Assembly (NCBI RefSeq): GCF_006345805.1
Contig: NC_042998.1
Location: forward strand, 187,240,001-187,304,000
DNA length: 64,000 bases
Origin: Octopus sinensis
Taxonomy: Eukaryota
Direction of reading: 5' to 3'
Below the pieces are notes generated by a model. The model was given only the letters and a program-made list of their open reading frames with translations, had not been told where the DNA came from and searched no databases. This document shows, one piece after another, positions 48,897-61,500 of this stretch. Every line of letters starts with the position of its first letter. Position 1 is the stretch's first letter. The translations under genes and the position numbers were made by a program.

Positions 48897-51800
48897 TATA
48901 TATATATACAAATTGAGATAGGGGTTGTAAATGCAACCCTCCATGGGATAACATATATCCAATATACTGCTCTAGTGAAGTACCCAACAAAGTTGTTTAA
49001 TAAAGTATGTGATTGAGTATTATCTGGTAATTGATATTTGATTTTGATGTATTTCTCCATTTTCTTATCTTGTGTATATATATATATTATATGTGTGTGT
49101 GTCTCGATGTAAAAGCTGTTTGTCCTGGCCATGTGAATATCTACAATCCGCCCACAGCACTCTTTGTCCTATCTTTTTTTTTTCAAGTGTCGCCATGTAC
49201 ATTAATAATGGTGACCGTCTTACTACGTGTCCGTAGTGTCAAAGTTCCTCTGTTCCATATAGACAATTGTTTCCTCCCACTTGTGGTTACATTCCATTCA
49301 TCAAACTTTTCACCAGAAAGCTCGTTGCTTTTTTTCAGTAACCTCTGAACAATCAACTCGACCATAGTTTTCAGTTCTGGCCTCACTGATTGAATTTAAA
49401 AACCCACAAAACATACGATTTTATTATATATTTTTTTTTTTAGGATCAGATTTTCCTATTAGAAATAAATACACGAAACATTAAGATAAACTTGAATAGT
49501 TCTGTGCTAGTTATCGTTGAATTGTTCTCGATTCCCATGTAATGTTGATCCTAATAATAATAAATCTTACTACTACCACCAATAAATACGGAGTTTTAAA
49601 ACTTTACCGTCCCCGATTCCTTTGCTTGGCAGTTAAACTTTGTCTTGATCTGTCCTCTGTATATTAGCTTCAACCCCGCCCTCCAAATATCTGGAATTAT
49701 TCCTCCGAGTAACTTGATAGCCCTCCCCCCCATGACGTTTCCATCAGCAACAGTAGCGCCTTCACACGAAACATTAAATTCCTTCCTCTGTCAAATTAAA
49801 ATTCTCCTAACAACTTTTTTTTTTTGCAACACTTCTACCTTGTTATTTTATATTTTTAATGCTGTAAATTCGTCAACAAGACACTGTATTAATCGTAGGT
49901 CCTTTTATTTAGGTACCAGTAATATCCTACTGTTGATTAACCGACCATATTTCCACTTTGCTCTTTACAAACATTGTGTATGGCAAAATATCATGAAATT
50001 TGTAAGATTACCCGAATTAACGTCAGCAAAATATTTCGTTATAGTTCAGTGTTTGTATACAGGTTATGTAGGCTAGTGGTATATCCTAAGCTATCGCGGC
50101 CTACTGAGAACTGAAATAAACAGGTTAGAGAGAGATCTACGTCTCTGTTTACATTTAAGGTGTGTTTATTTCGTACAAGTTTCGGTATATATATATATAT
50201 ATTTTTTAAAACTGACACAATGTTCTTTTGTTGATTGCGCGGTAAACCAATGTCTCCAAGACGCTTCAGGTGTTTGTTGTTTCAACTTTTATGGTTGATT
50301 TTTCTTTTATTGTAAAGCACTCATTTGTAAGAATGGAACGTGTTTACTGTGTTAAGAACATTTTACATTTTTGTCTAGACACAAAAGGTCGTGTATTTTT
50401 AGAGCTGGGAAATGGAATGTTGTGAGGTTCATGCATTTCTCGAAACTACTAAGCTAGCTGCGCGAGTGAAGTGAACTGATATCACTTGGGAATTGAAAAA
50501 GCGGTTTTGGCTGGCCAAGTTCTTACCTTTCGTTTCTTCAACCAGGTCCACCATCGTATTGTTGTTGTTGGTGTTGATGGCATAGTGAAAATGGTAAAGC
50601 GTTGGACAGAGTGCCTTGCAGTATGTCGTCTGTCAACAGCCTTAATTCAAATTCCCGGTCATTCTCTCAGAATGGAAAGAATGAGTACTATACATGTATT
50701 TATTTTGATTCGATCGATAATTTTCCTTACCTATGAATTTTAGTCAAGAAGTCATTATTAAACATTGTCACCTCACCGAATTCGGAATCTTTGGTTTAGC
50801 CTGTGTAACAGATTTAGAAAATAAATACATACTGTTAACCCTCATCAAACCATTGCCAGTGAATATCGTAGAAATAAAAATTACAAAAAAATCAATATAT
50901 TTTGCCAGAATTATGAAGACTGCATTGCGAGTAAAACCTATCAATTGCATCAATCAATCCCCGACAATTTGTTTTCCTGAGATTATTTCACAACACCACC
51001 ACGAACACAGTTGTGATAGATCCAAAAACCTGTTTCATATCTTATCCGAGGGGTGTGGAGTACTTGACCGATTGATATATGTAGGTGGTGCCAGTTTAGC
51101 AGGATTATAGCTGAAACGCTTGTTGTTCTCAAGTAGCTAAATAAAAAACTAAGTGACATTTCCTATTCCCAGTTTTATGATATTAAATGCAAATTTGAGT
51201 TTGTGCTCTTGATCAGTTATTACTCTTATAATATTTACGAAGCGTCATACCTTATACCCATCCATCCATCCATCAGTCAATCGACCACAGTCTAGTTTTA
51301 GAATCGAAGAGAATTCTACATGTAGTTACATTTTGTTTACAAAAAAATAGTATCTACGGTGTCATAAGATGCAATAAATACACAACTTCAAAGGGATCTT
51401 AAAAAGAACCAGTCAGCTAAAACCAGATCCCTTGGATTCCAGATTTTATCATTACTAGTACGATTGCTTTATAGGCAAGATATTCGCAGTGTACCCTATT
51501 TTTTCCTCTCTCTGTGCAGAGATGAGGGGCGGCGGTTTACATTAACTATGCTTTTGTTTAATCCATCATGGAGTTCTGTGTAAAGTTTCCATGTTTCTTA
51601 CACACACACAGTTTTTACTAATATACATACATACACGTATTTTCTAAGACATGGAGTTCGTAATTTTAACTTTTTATTTGCTTATTTCTTTATTTTTGGT
51701 TCACATTACATACATTCCATGGTTTCTCTACTGTCGAACATGCAGCGTGTTACATTTGTTACAAAATTTCACACCCCTCACTCGACTTTTTCTCAGTTAA

Positions 51801-52346
51801 AGTCTCGATTTTTCTCTCTCAGCTCTCACGAAATAAAACAAACAGTCGCCACTCACTAAATCGACACTACCTCTCTCTCTTGACACACATATATATATTG
51901 CCAGTGACTGTAAACAACATGCAAGTTGTATATATGAATATTGTACTTAAAACATTAATCGCGTACGCTTTTATTCATACTTGTGTGTTTTGGGGGTGGG
52001 GGTGGGGGTTTAAATAAGCATAGTATGGCTGAACTACAAGGACCCCGGTTCAATTCCACTGGCTGGCACCTTAGATATGTGTAATTTTCTATAGCCTTGG
52101 ATTGATCCATAGTTTGTGATTGAAATTGCGTAGAAAGAAACTATCTAAGCCTGACGGGTAGATTGTACCCGTAATTCAAAAGGAACAGCCTTGTCGCAGA
52201 GTATGATGCTGTTTCTGCTTGAATAAAAGTGCTCTTATCCGGAATCTTCAGCCAGGAGCAGATTATTCTATTAATCTAGTTTGCCATATATATATATATA
52301 TATCGTCCAACCCATTGCTAGCATGGAGAACGGACGTTAAATGATG

Positions 52347-52382
<36 letters not shown>

Positions 52383-52390
52383 ATGATATA

Positions 52391-52601
52391 CACGAGGGCG
52401 TGTTGAAAAGTCCCTGTCTTTGGGAAAAGGAAATACTGGAGGATTAGTTAATTATCATTTCATGCAATATATTCCCCTCGGATTCACACTTATTGCAGCG
52501 GTCCTTCAGTTTTTCTAAACCCTGTGAAAGAACTAGGAAGGTTTAGCCTCCAACCAGGCTTTTCACAACACCCTTAAAGCCAGGACCCTTTTAGCACCTC
52601 T

Positions 52602-52605
<4 letters not shown>
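52391..52605. mobile_element. Mariner-type MITE
   Basis: TA|CACGAGGGCGTGTTGAAAAG..CTTTTAGCACCTCTCGTG imperfect TIRs. Confidence 0.65.
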
Positions 52606-52647
<42 letters not shown>

Positions 52648-53419
52648 ATATTATATAGTGTATTTGTATATATCATCGTTGTTTTATTGCCTACATTTTC
52701 ATACATGAATGAGTCTAATAAATTCTATTGAGGCAGATTTTCTACGGCTGGATGACCTTCCTCTCACAAACCTTATTTGTTTCCAACTAAGGTAATATTT
52801 TCCTATGGAAGATTGGAAACGAACAGCACCACTTGTAAGAAGGTGATGCATGCTTGGGATCATCATGCATACAAACACATGCTCCTGTGTAATATATATA
52901 TATATAAAACTAAACCCACTCAGAAGGGCTTGGTTGGCCAGGGGCTGTAGAAGAGATAGTCATATAACAGAGAACAATTGGAAGTTTATATAGGACAGCT
53001 TACTGAGGGCTACAGACCAAATCTGTGGTGGTGCAAAGTTCCATTCAAACAAAATGTAACATGGTGTTTGGACAGAGAGGCAGAGAGACATAAAAATGAA
53101 AAGAAAGGCATGTAAACATTGGAAGAATGAGGTTAGCCGAGATCATACTTGGTAGCTGGAAGAGAAGCAAGCCGACAGGTTCTCTTAGCAAAAGAAACAG
53201 CAGAAAGCAAGAGGTTTGCCAATACTGTACAGCTTGAGGGCCACACACACAATCATTATCATTATTTAGCGTCCGTTTTCCATGCTAGAATGGGTAAGAT
53301 GGTTTGATTGGAATTGGTAGCCCAGGGAGCTGCACTGACTTCAGTCTGTTTTTGACTTGGTTTCTACAGTTAGATGTTCTTCCTATATATATATATATAT
53401 ATATTGTGTGTGTGTGTAT

Positions 53420-53658
53420 CATCATCATCATTTAGCGTCCGCTTTCCATGCTAGCATGGGTTGGACGGTTCAACTGGGGTCTGGGAAGCCAGAAGGCTGC
53501 ACCAGGCCCAGTCTGATCTGGCAATGTTTCTATGGCTGGATGCCCTTCCTAACGCCAACCACTCCGTGGGTGTAGTGGGTGCTTTTTATGTGCCACCGGC
53601 ACAGGTGCCAGATGAGGCTGGCAAACGGCCATGGTCGGATGGTGCTTTTTACGTGCCA

Positions 53659-53660
<2 letters not shown>
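53420..53660 (-). mobile_element. Family C repeat (RTE 3' UTR-derived)
   Basis: Family C motifs on the minus strand. Confidence 0.85.
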
Positions 53661-53697
<37 letters not shown>

Positions 53698-54861
53698 AAT
53701 CTCCAAAGAACAAACACAAAAAAAACAACTTGAGGAAAGCTCTTCTTCAGGAAAAAAAAGTAAAGTCCAATAGAAAAGGAAGACGGAGGGAAAAAAAATC
53801 ACCAATGATTCACATCTGGTTACATTTTGAAAATATATATACAGTGTGTATGTATGTGTGTGTGTGTATGTATGTATATAAAATCTCATTGTCAACTTTC
53901 CATGCTTATGTTGGTTGAACAGATAATCCCAGTCAGCCAGTCATTTCTATTTGGAAACTGTTGCTACCATAGACTTGTACTTGTATTTGTTGTGTCACTT
54001 GGTTTCTATGACTGGCTGTCCTTCTTATCACTTTACAGAGTATACTTGAAGCATTTTTTCATGGCACCAATATCAGAGATATTGAATAATCTTCAACAAG
54101 ATGAGACTAAAGGGACTTCACAATCCTACGCTTGCTCTTCTCTGTCAACCACTTTACAGGGTACACTATTTTGTGGTATAGCACAAGAGAGGTTGTTTTG
54201 CTCATCAGTCATTCTGGAGATGGACGTGAAGGGGTTTCTGACATAGCACTAGCACTAAAAGGGGAGGTGCCCTGCACACAGTAAAAGTCAAAGTTATTCA
54301 GTAACCCAAGATCTGTAGATGGAACTGGGAAATTGAAGAAAGTGCAATGACAGCAGAATAGCTAGAAAATTGGTGGGTGAGAGGGGCAAGAGAGGTGTGT
54401 GAACACACACACTCATACATATGTATTTATATAGACCTACACATCTGTCTTGCTTATGTATTGTGTGTATGTGTGTGTAGTCACTTTAATAAGTGATTGA
54501 CTGCTCTTAGCCCTAATGGAAGTACAGGAAATTTAGGACTATAAACTGGATTTATAAATGAGTAAAGCTCCTTAATATCCTTTTAGTTGCATACTTTCTA
54601 AAATATCACTAGCACTTTCAATCCACCACTTACTTTTCATAGTTCTGCTTTCCTTCTGAATCTATAACTTCTCAGTTTAATATTGGGCCCATAATTTTTT
54701 GTTTTGATAGTTTTATCCTCTTTGCTTTGTGTATACTTAATATACTTTTTAAATACTCATCAAACCAGTCCTTGCTTTGACTTTTTATAGCTACCCCTCC
54801 TACTTTTGAAATTTGATTTTTGGAGACATTTAGCAATACATTTCCAATACTTACTTGTACT

Positions 54862-55310
54862 TGTGACGGCGTTCAACCAGGGCGGGTTGAGCTGGCTTGT
54901 CTGGTCCTAATGGCATCACGAACCATGGTAGCCCACACTCAATGGTCCTGTGCGAGGTCACTAGAGATAGCGAGCCATTCGTGGTTCCATCTGCGCAGAC
55001 TGACCACTTGCGGACCCTAAAGTCCAACCCTTCCTCAAAGTGGTAGGGTGGTGTAAATGGGCAGTGTCAGAGCTATGCCGTCGGGAACTTCGGTTCCTGG
55101 TAGGGCTACCCAAGGTGGATTGGTCTGGCACCGAGCAGTATTAGGGCCGCAGCCTTGCCAACGGGGCTCTGGTGAAAATTCCAAGAGGCGTCTGATCGGC
55201 AACTGGCGGCTTCGAGGTCATTCTGTCCCTGCATCTGTGGAAACTCCACAGCAAACAGAGTGTCTCGTCACTCAGGGTCTGCATGCGGGATGTCAGGGAC
55301 CGCTTGTGAA
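54862..55310 (+). mobile_element. GC-rich island resembling a LINE (RTE-like) 5' UTR fragment
   Basis: Abrupt GC-rich block in an AT-rich intron. AGAGCTATG..CCTGGTAGGGCTACCCAAGG resembles 5' UTR motifs I associate with RTE elements (from memory, unverified). Confidence 0.35.
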
Positions 55311-55563
55311 TTCAATATTCCCACGAAACTTCTTCTATGAATTCTACTACTACATTTCCAATGAATTGAAACTTGTCTCTTTTGCTTCATAGGACTTTCC
55401 TATATGTTTGTAATGTCATTTTAGGTGTTCAAAATTTCTTATTTTGAACCTTCAGCTTACAAGACTGTCATTAATGTCAGTGACATCTCTCACATCATTC
55501 AAATCTTTCCTTCTAGTTAGATCTCAATGAATCATGTTACATTGTGAATCTTTTGATATTTAA

Positions 55564-55739
55564 CCCTTTAGTGTTCGCATTATTCTGCCTAAATTAATCC
55601 TTTTTCATCCACATTGTTTTGAACTAATCATGCATTATCTTGTAGCTATGAGATTTTGAAGAGGTAGCTGTTAATTTTTAAGATGATATTGTAGGGCTGG
55701 TGTGAGAGACCAGATATGGCCAGTTTAAATGCTAAAGGG
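55564..55739. mobile_element. piggyBac-type MITE with intact TTAA target duplications
   Basis: TTAA|CCCTTTAG..CTAAAGGG|TTAA; a shorter, inverted relative of 7106-7327. Confidence 0.85.
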
Positions 55740-56409
55740 TTAAAGAACATGCTGCTAGTAGTGAATTTCACTGTGCACACACATGGTGGATTCTCTAGGC
55801 TGTTTCAGCATATGTAATGTGTTGTCCTGTTAGTTATACAATCAGCTGAATGACATGCTCATTGAATTAAAATGCAGAGTAGCTGAATATTCCACAGACG
55901 TGTGTACACATGATGTAGTTCCCAAGTAAAATCAGCATATGACAGTGACTGGACAAGGGCAGATATTTGAATTTTAGATATAATCCCCCTATCTGATGAG
56001 TTTTTACCCAATTTCCACCTTCCTAGTTTCATTCACAATGCTTGGATCAACCCAAAGCTTATGACAAAGCATTTGTGCAGAATGTCATGCAGTGGGATTG
56101 AAACTTGGACATCATTGATGCAAAGCAAATTCCTTAACCACTCAGCTATGCCTTCATCCAGGCATTGATTAATAAAATAAATTATTGTAAAAAATTCTAA
56201 TAAATAGTTTGTATTGTTTTATACATATGTGTATGTATGAAGGGGCATAGCCAAGTGGTTTGGGTGTTGGGTTAATGATTGTAGGATTGTGTATTTAGTC
56301 CTTGGAGTGGGTGGCATCATGTTGTATCTTTTAGCATGGCACTTCATTTCATTTCTGTCTACTCAGATGAAATTGAATACCAGTTGAGTACTGGTGCATG
56401 TGGTGGTCG

Positions 56410-56610
56410 AGACAATGGAATTTACCATGAAGTACGCCAGACTTCACGGTCCATCATGGCATTATGGAGGTCCTGTTGCTGGATGCCTGTATCCCTGGAG
56501 ATTACATCAGGGTAGGAGAGTGTGCGCCCTCTGGTATTGCGAGTAGATGGCTTCCAGAGGAGAAGAGTAGAAATTACCTCTTTTTCGGTGCAACTCTCAA
56601 TCACTAGTTG
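56410..56610 (-). mobile_element. RTE-clade LINE 3' end fragment
   Basis: EVISTLLLWKPS..RGRTLSYPDVISRDTG..DLHNAMMDREVWR. Confidence 0.75.
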
Positions 56611-57200
56611 GGCTGAGGGTTACATATCTATGTCTGTCTGTGACTACATAAGCACTTAAATCAATTAAGGAAAGATTGGTACATTACCAGGTCATGTTCA
56701 CTTGTGAGTGATGTTAATGTTTTTGGTTATATATATGAATGAGAGAGAGAAAGAAAATAAAGAAAACAGATGTTTGTTTGTAAATTTAGTTCCATAAACT
56801 CTCCAATTTTGATTTTTTTTTTCTCTCTCTGTACTTTGTGATCTTTTTAGCCAGTAAAAGGAAGCTTGAAATGAGTTCTCTACGCAGTTTTTTCTGTTAA
56901 TATATAAGAATGGGCATTCTAATATTGTTTATAAATATATATATCATGTATTTTAAATTGCACTAATATGTATATATATATATATAGACCCCCTTTGGTC
57001 ATGAATGACCATTGGATTGCACCTAGAAAGTTAGTGTCCAAGGCACAAGTCTGGGCAAGGTTGTTTGTGGAAGGCCAGCCGTCGCCCATGCATACCAGCC
57101 TCCCCTCTCCACTCCACTGATGTTATCCAAGGGAAAGGCTAAGGCCGATACAGCTTGGCACCAGTGATGTTACAACTCTCTCTCTCTCTCTATATATATA

Positions 57201-57310
57201 TAACCAAGAAAAAAAGCAACAAGAATGGATTAGTAGTTTAGTACAATTGTTTCATACGAAACAGTTGTACTAAACTACTAATGCATTCTTGTTGCTTTTT
57301 TTCTTGGTTA
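57201..57310. repeat. Near-perfect palindrome, 53-bp arms with a 4-nt spacer
   Basis: 57201-57253 versus 57258-57310, two mismatches seen. Confidence 0.93.
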
Positions 57311-57425
57311 TAATCACCCCAAATTATTTTATGGTTAATACCATAAAGAATTCTGGTGCATCTAAGTTAAGTACCATATTCATTTGAATTCATTGGAATT
57401 CATTTGAATCTTAATTATTTTGCTG

Positions 57426-57487
<62 letters not shown>

Positions 57488-57488
<1 letters not shown>

Positions 57489-57770
57489 GAGGTGCAATGG
57501 CCCAATGGTTAGGGCACCGGACTCACGGTTGTAGGATCGCGGTTTTGATTCCCAGACCAGGCGTTGTGAGTGTTTATTGAGCGAAAACACCTAAACCTCC
57601 ACGAAGCTCCGGCAGGGGGTGGTGGCGATCCCTGCTGTACTCTTTCACCACAACTTTCTCTCACGCTTAGCCAGCGGGGTGGTATCACTTGAAGGCTAAA
57701 AAACAGTGCAAAGCGCATTGTGACCAGCGATGTGTAGCAACATCTGATAGCTTGGTCGGTCATGGTCATG

Positions 57771-57772
<2 letters not shown>
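57488..57772 (+). mobile_element. SINE family E (tRNA-derived head)
   Basis: A box TGGCCCAATGG, B box GGTTTTGATTCC; body shared with ~20860-20980. Confidence 0.8.
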
Positions 57773-57816
<44 letters not shown>

Positions 57817-58309
57817 AATACAAACTATTGATATGTTAGTTACTCTGCTTTCATGTTTTAATTGGTGGTTAATTAGGCTTTAATGGAAGTTGTTTACTCA
57901 ACAGGATTTTTAGATGTTACTATAATGTAAACATTCGCAAAAGAAGTTTTGTTAGACCAGTACAGGGAAATAGTAGTTACATGGGGTATAAATCTAAATG
58001 AGTAAAAACATTATTTCACTTTCTGTAGGTGCCTGAGAAAAACAGACATAGATAGGTAGATATAATGGAAAACAATGGAAGTTAAGAAATAGTAGAGGGG
58101 AAAAGGAAGAAAAAATGATAATGAAAAGTCAGGTAAAGGTGTTTTAGATAAAGTATATTCAATTGAAAAAAGATAAAGTCAGTGTGTGTGAGTGTATGTA
58201 TCTATTTTATCACCAATGATATTCTGAAATATTGATCTACAAAAGTTTTATTTTTTGGTTTTTGAAAGTTTTAAAAATTACAATCGAGCAAGAGTAGCAT
58301 CCATTTCTG

Positions 58310-58700
58310 ATATTGGTTTCAAATTTTGGCACAAGGCCAGTAATTTCAGGGGAGGTAATAATTCAATTACATAGACCCCCCAGTGATCAAATGGTACTTA
58401 TTTTATCGATAAGGCGGCGAGCTGGCAGAAACGTTAGCACGCCGGGTAAAATGCTTAGCAGTATTTCGTCTGCTGCTACGTTCTGAGTTCAAATTCCGCC
58501 GAGGTCGACTTTGCTTTTCATCCTTTCGGGGTCGATTAAATAAGTACCAGTTACACCCTGGGGTCAATATAATCGACTTAATCCGTTTGTCTGTCCTTGT
58601 TTGTCCCCTCTGTGTGTAGCCCCTTGTGGGTAGTAAAGAAATAGGTACTTATTTTATCGACCCTGAAAGGATGAAAGGCAAAGTTGACCTTGGTGGAATA
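58310..58700 (+). mobile_element. SINE B1 (58410-58643) inserted into a SINE B2, 17-bp TSD
   Basis: GGTACTTATTTTATCGA at 58393-58409 and 58644-58660. Confidence 0.88.
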
Positions 58701-59283
58701 GCTTTTTCTGTAGTAGATGTAAATGAAATATGTTTAATTTCTGTGATGTTTTAGCTTCTTTATACAAAACATTTACACATTAATTAATATTAGCCAAGAT
58801 GCATATACATATTCCATTTCTGACTGCATGCTACCCCACAACACATCTACCAATGACAAACATCATCTAAAAGTTTGAGACATAATGATTAAATTATTAT
58901 GAAACATAATCCACAAATCAATCTTCTCAGTTATACCACATCTTTGTGTAAATGAGAATCATATTCCACTCTCCAATATGCTGTGATAAATCATATGAGC
59001 TGCAATATGACAATCTGAACATGTGCTATCTCTACTCTCCATCTGTTGGGAAAATTGATGGGAAAATTGACTCAGAGTATGACAATTCTTTGTCCTCTGC
59101 ACTTATTGCAACTTAGCACAAAGTTTGCAGATCTTTTGAGCCATTGCTGCTGCAGTCATTTCTATGAATATGTGCCCCTTATGCTTCTCCAGTAGGATAT
59201 GAGTTGTGTTTTTTTGAATGTTATAGTAGTGCTCTGGGGTTTTATATATGTGACTTGATGTTTGGTGGTAGCCTTTCATGTGA

Positions 59284-59505
59284 AAGGCGGCGAGCTGGCA
59301 GAAACGTTAGCATGTCGGGTGAAATGCATAGCCGTATTTCGTCTGTCGTTACATTCCGAGTTCAAATCCCGCCGAGGTTGACTTTGCCTTTCATCCTTTC
59401 GGGGTCGATAAATTAAGTACCAGTTACGCACTGGGGTCGATATAATCAACTTAATCCGTTTGTCTGTCCTTGTTTGTCCTCTCTGTGGGTAGTAAAGAAA
59501 TAGGT
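59284..59505 (+). mobile_element. SINE family B1
   Basis: B1 consensus. Confidence 0.88.
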
Positions 59506-60429
59506 AGTTTTTCATGTAGTGATAGGAACTGTAGGTGTTGTTGACTAAACTGTGTTCCTACTTTGGATGTCTTGATGATCTTTCATTTTTGTTACATATA
59601 TTTTGTTGTTTGCTTGGTGTTGCATTATGTGTAAGTTATTTGAAGTTGTTCTAGTGACATGGGGTGTGGCTATAGTTTTTGTTGATACTAATTATACTAT
59701 ATAATGTTTTACTGTTTTGCGGTTTATGTTAGAATGTCATTTTTCCTGTTTATCTAAAGCTTTTTTTTCTCTCTGTTTCGCAGTTTGATACCAAGTTATA
59801 TTTCAAGTTATAATTAGTTTCTGTATGTCGTTTGAAGTTATCCTTTGTTTACATGAAATTGGCCATTTCTGCTGTTTAATTGGGCTTGTATTTTTTAATG
59901 TTGTCATGTGGAATATTTATATCACATGCTTAGAATTTTGATGAATGTATGTACTGCAGTGTCTATGTCAGTGATTGTTGTATTCTTAAATTCTAAAAAC
60001 TTTGTATCTTGGTGAAACTTAACTCTTTTTTTTTTTTTTTTTTTTGGTGGAGAGATGTTTGTAAAAGTGTTTTTGTTTTCTTTAGGATGTGCAGGTGTAT
60101 TGTAATAATTATTAGGTGGTCTGAAGAAAGAAGGGGAGTTGTTTACCAGTTTGATATTTTTGTTCATGAATATCTCACTGTGATCATCTTGTCTTTTTTT
60201 CTGTATTAGTTTGTCCTGTATATTTAACCATTTTTAAAGATGTTGGGTTAGTATTTGAGGAATAACTTATTTGGCTATAACTTATTGAGGGCTGAAGGCT
60301 GCATACGAGCTTCTTTGCTAGATCATAGTTACTTGTTGTAATCATTTGTCATGTTTTGTGAGGTTCAGCCTCTTGAGATCAACCTTTACTTCTTAACATA
60401 ACTTTCTCGATTTTCCTCTTCTGTAGATT

Positions 60430-60600
60430 CCTATCACTATCAACTACCATACACATAACATGTCCAATCCAGCACAACCCCGTGTCTGACATTCTACTTC
60501 TGATTCCTCTTACATTCAGCTTCTCACAACTGATTTGGTCTCTCTTGTTCACGCATACTGACATTCATTACACACTGGAGTAATTACATAATGTTCCCAT
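60430..60600 (-). mobile_element. Old RTE LINE fragment
   Basis: CEKLNVRGIRSRMSDTGLCWIGHVMCM parallels the RTE at 45430-46060 (LRERLDLRSIRCGVQERRLRW*GHVARM). Confidence 0.6.
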
Positions 60601-61044
60601 TCTGTGTTCAGTGTCCAATTTTTTGTTACTATGCATCATCATACTTTGTACATAAGCATTATACAACCTGTCCTTTTCTCAGAAAGAAAATCCTTTTCTT
60701 GCTAACATAGGTATTAGTTTCCTGAACGTTTTGTACTCCGTTGTCTGTCTACAATGTTTTTCAAACTGCCATCCCTACTACAAATTAGGTCATCTACATA
60801 ACAGAAACTAACAGCATTAGTTAGCATTTCAAAAACAAATTATTTCGTGGCTGCTAACAACTTTTGTGCAACAACTGTATTTGAAGTCTTTCTTTTTGTC
60901 AACTTACCTTGATCTTACTACACATCTTGTGGACCTAACGTAGATGTATTATGCCTATGAACCTCCATCACTTTTATTGTTATAACACGTGCTTCAGTAT
61001 ATTCTAACATTACATTTTGATAATGAATGAGGAAAAGAGTACAC

Positions 61045-61256
61045 ATTCTCTTTCTCTTTTACTTGTTTCAGTCATTTGACTGCGGCCATGCTGGAGCACC
61101 GCCTTTAATCGAGCAACTCGACCCCGGGACTTATTCTTTGTAAGCCCAGTACTTATTCTATCGGTCTCTTTTTTGCCGAACCGCTAAGTGACGGGGACGT
61201 AAACACACCAGCATCGGTTGTCAAGCAATGCTAGGGGGACAAACACAGACACACAA

Positions 61257-61310
<54 letters not shown>

Positions 61311-61500
61311 TATATATATACATACATATATATACAACAGGCTTCTTTCAGTTTCCGTCTACCAAATCCACTCACAAGGCATTGGTCGGCCCGGGGCTAT
61401 AGCAGAAGACACTTGCCCAAGATTCCACGCAGTGGGACTGAACCCGGAACCATGTGGTTGGTTAGCAAGCTACTTACCACACAGCCACTCCTGCGCCTAT
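61045..61500 (-). mobile_element. SINE family A, full length with expanded internal (AT)n
   Basis: Family A consensus, reverse strand. Confidence 0.88.

Noticed and set aside
56845-56910. Acceptor-like TCTTTTTAG as a possible CERT1 exon 2
   Set aside because: The required phase-0 frame stops after seven codons (PVKGSLK*) and lacks the conserved PH[D/E]FDECRFD sequence.
57488-57560. tRNA gene candidates here and at the other A/B-box heads (e.g. 24540-24600)
   Set aside because: They continue into SINE bodies and do not form a complete cloverleaf; they are SINE heads.
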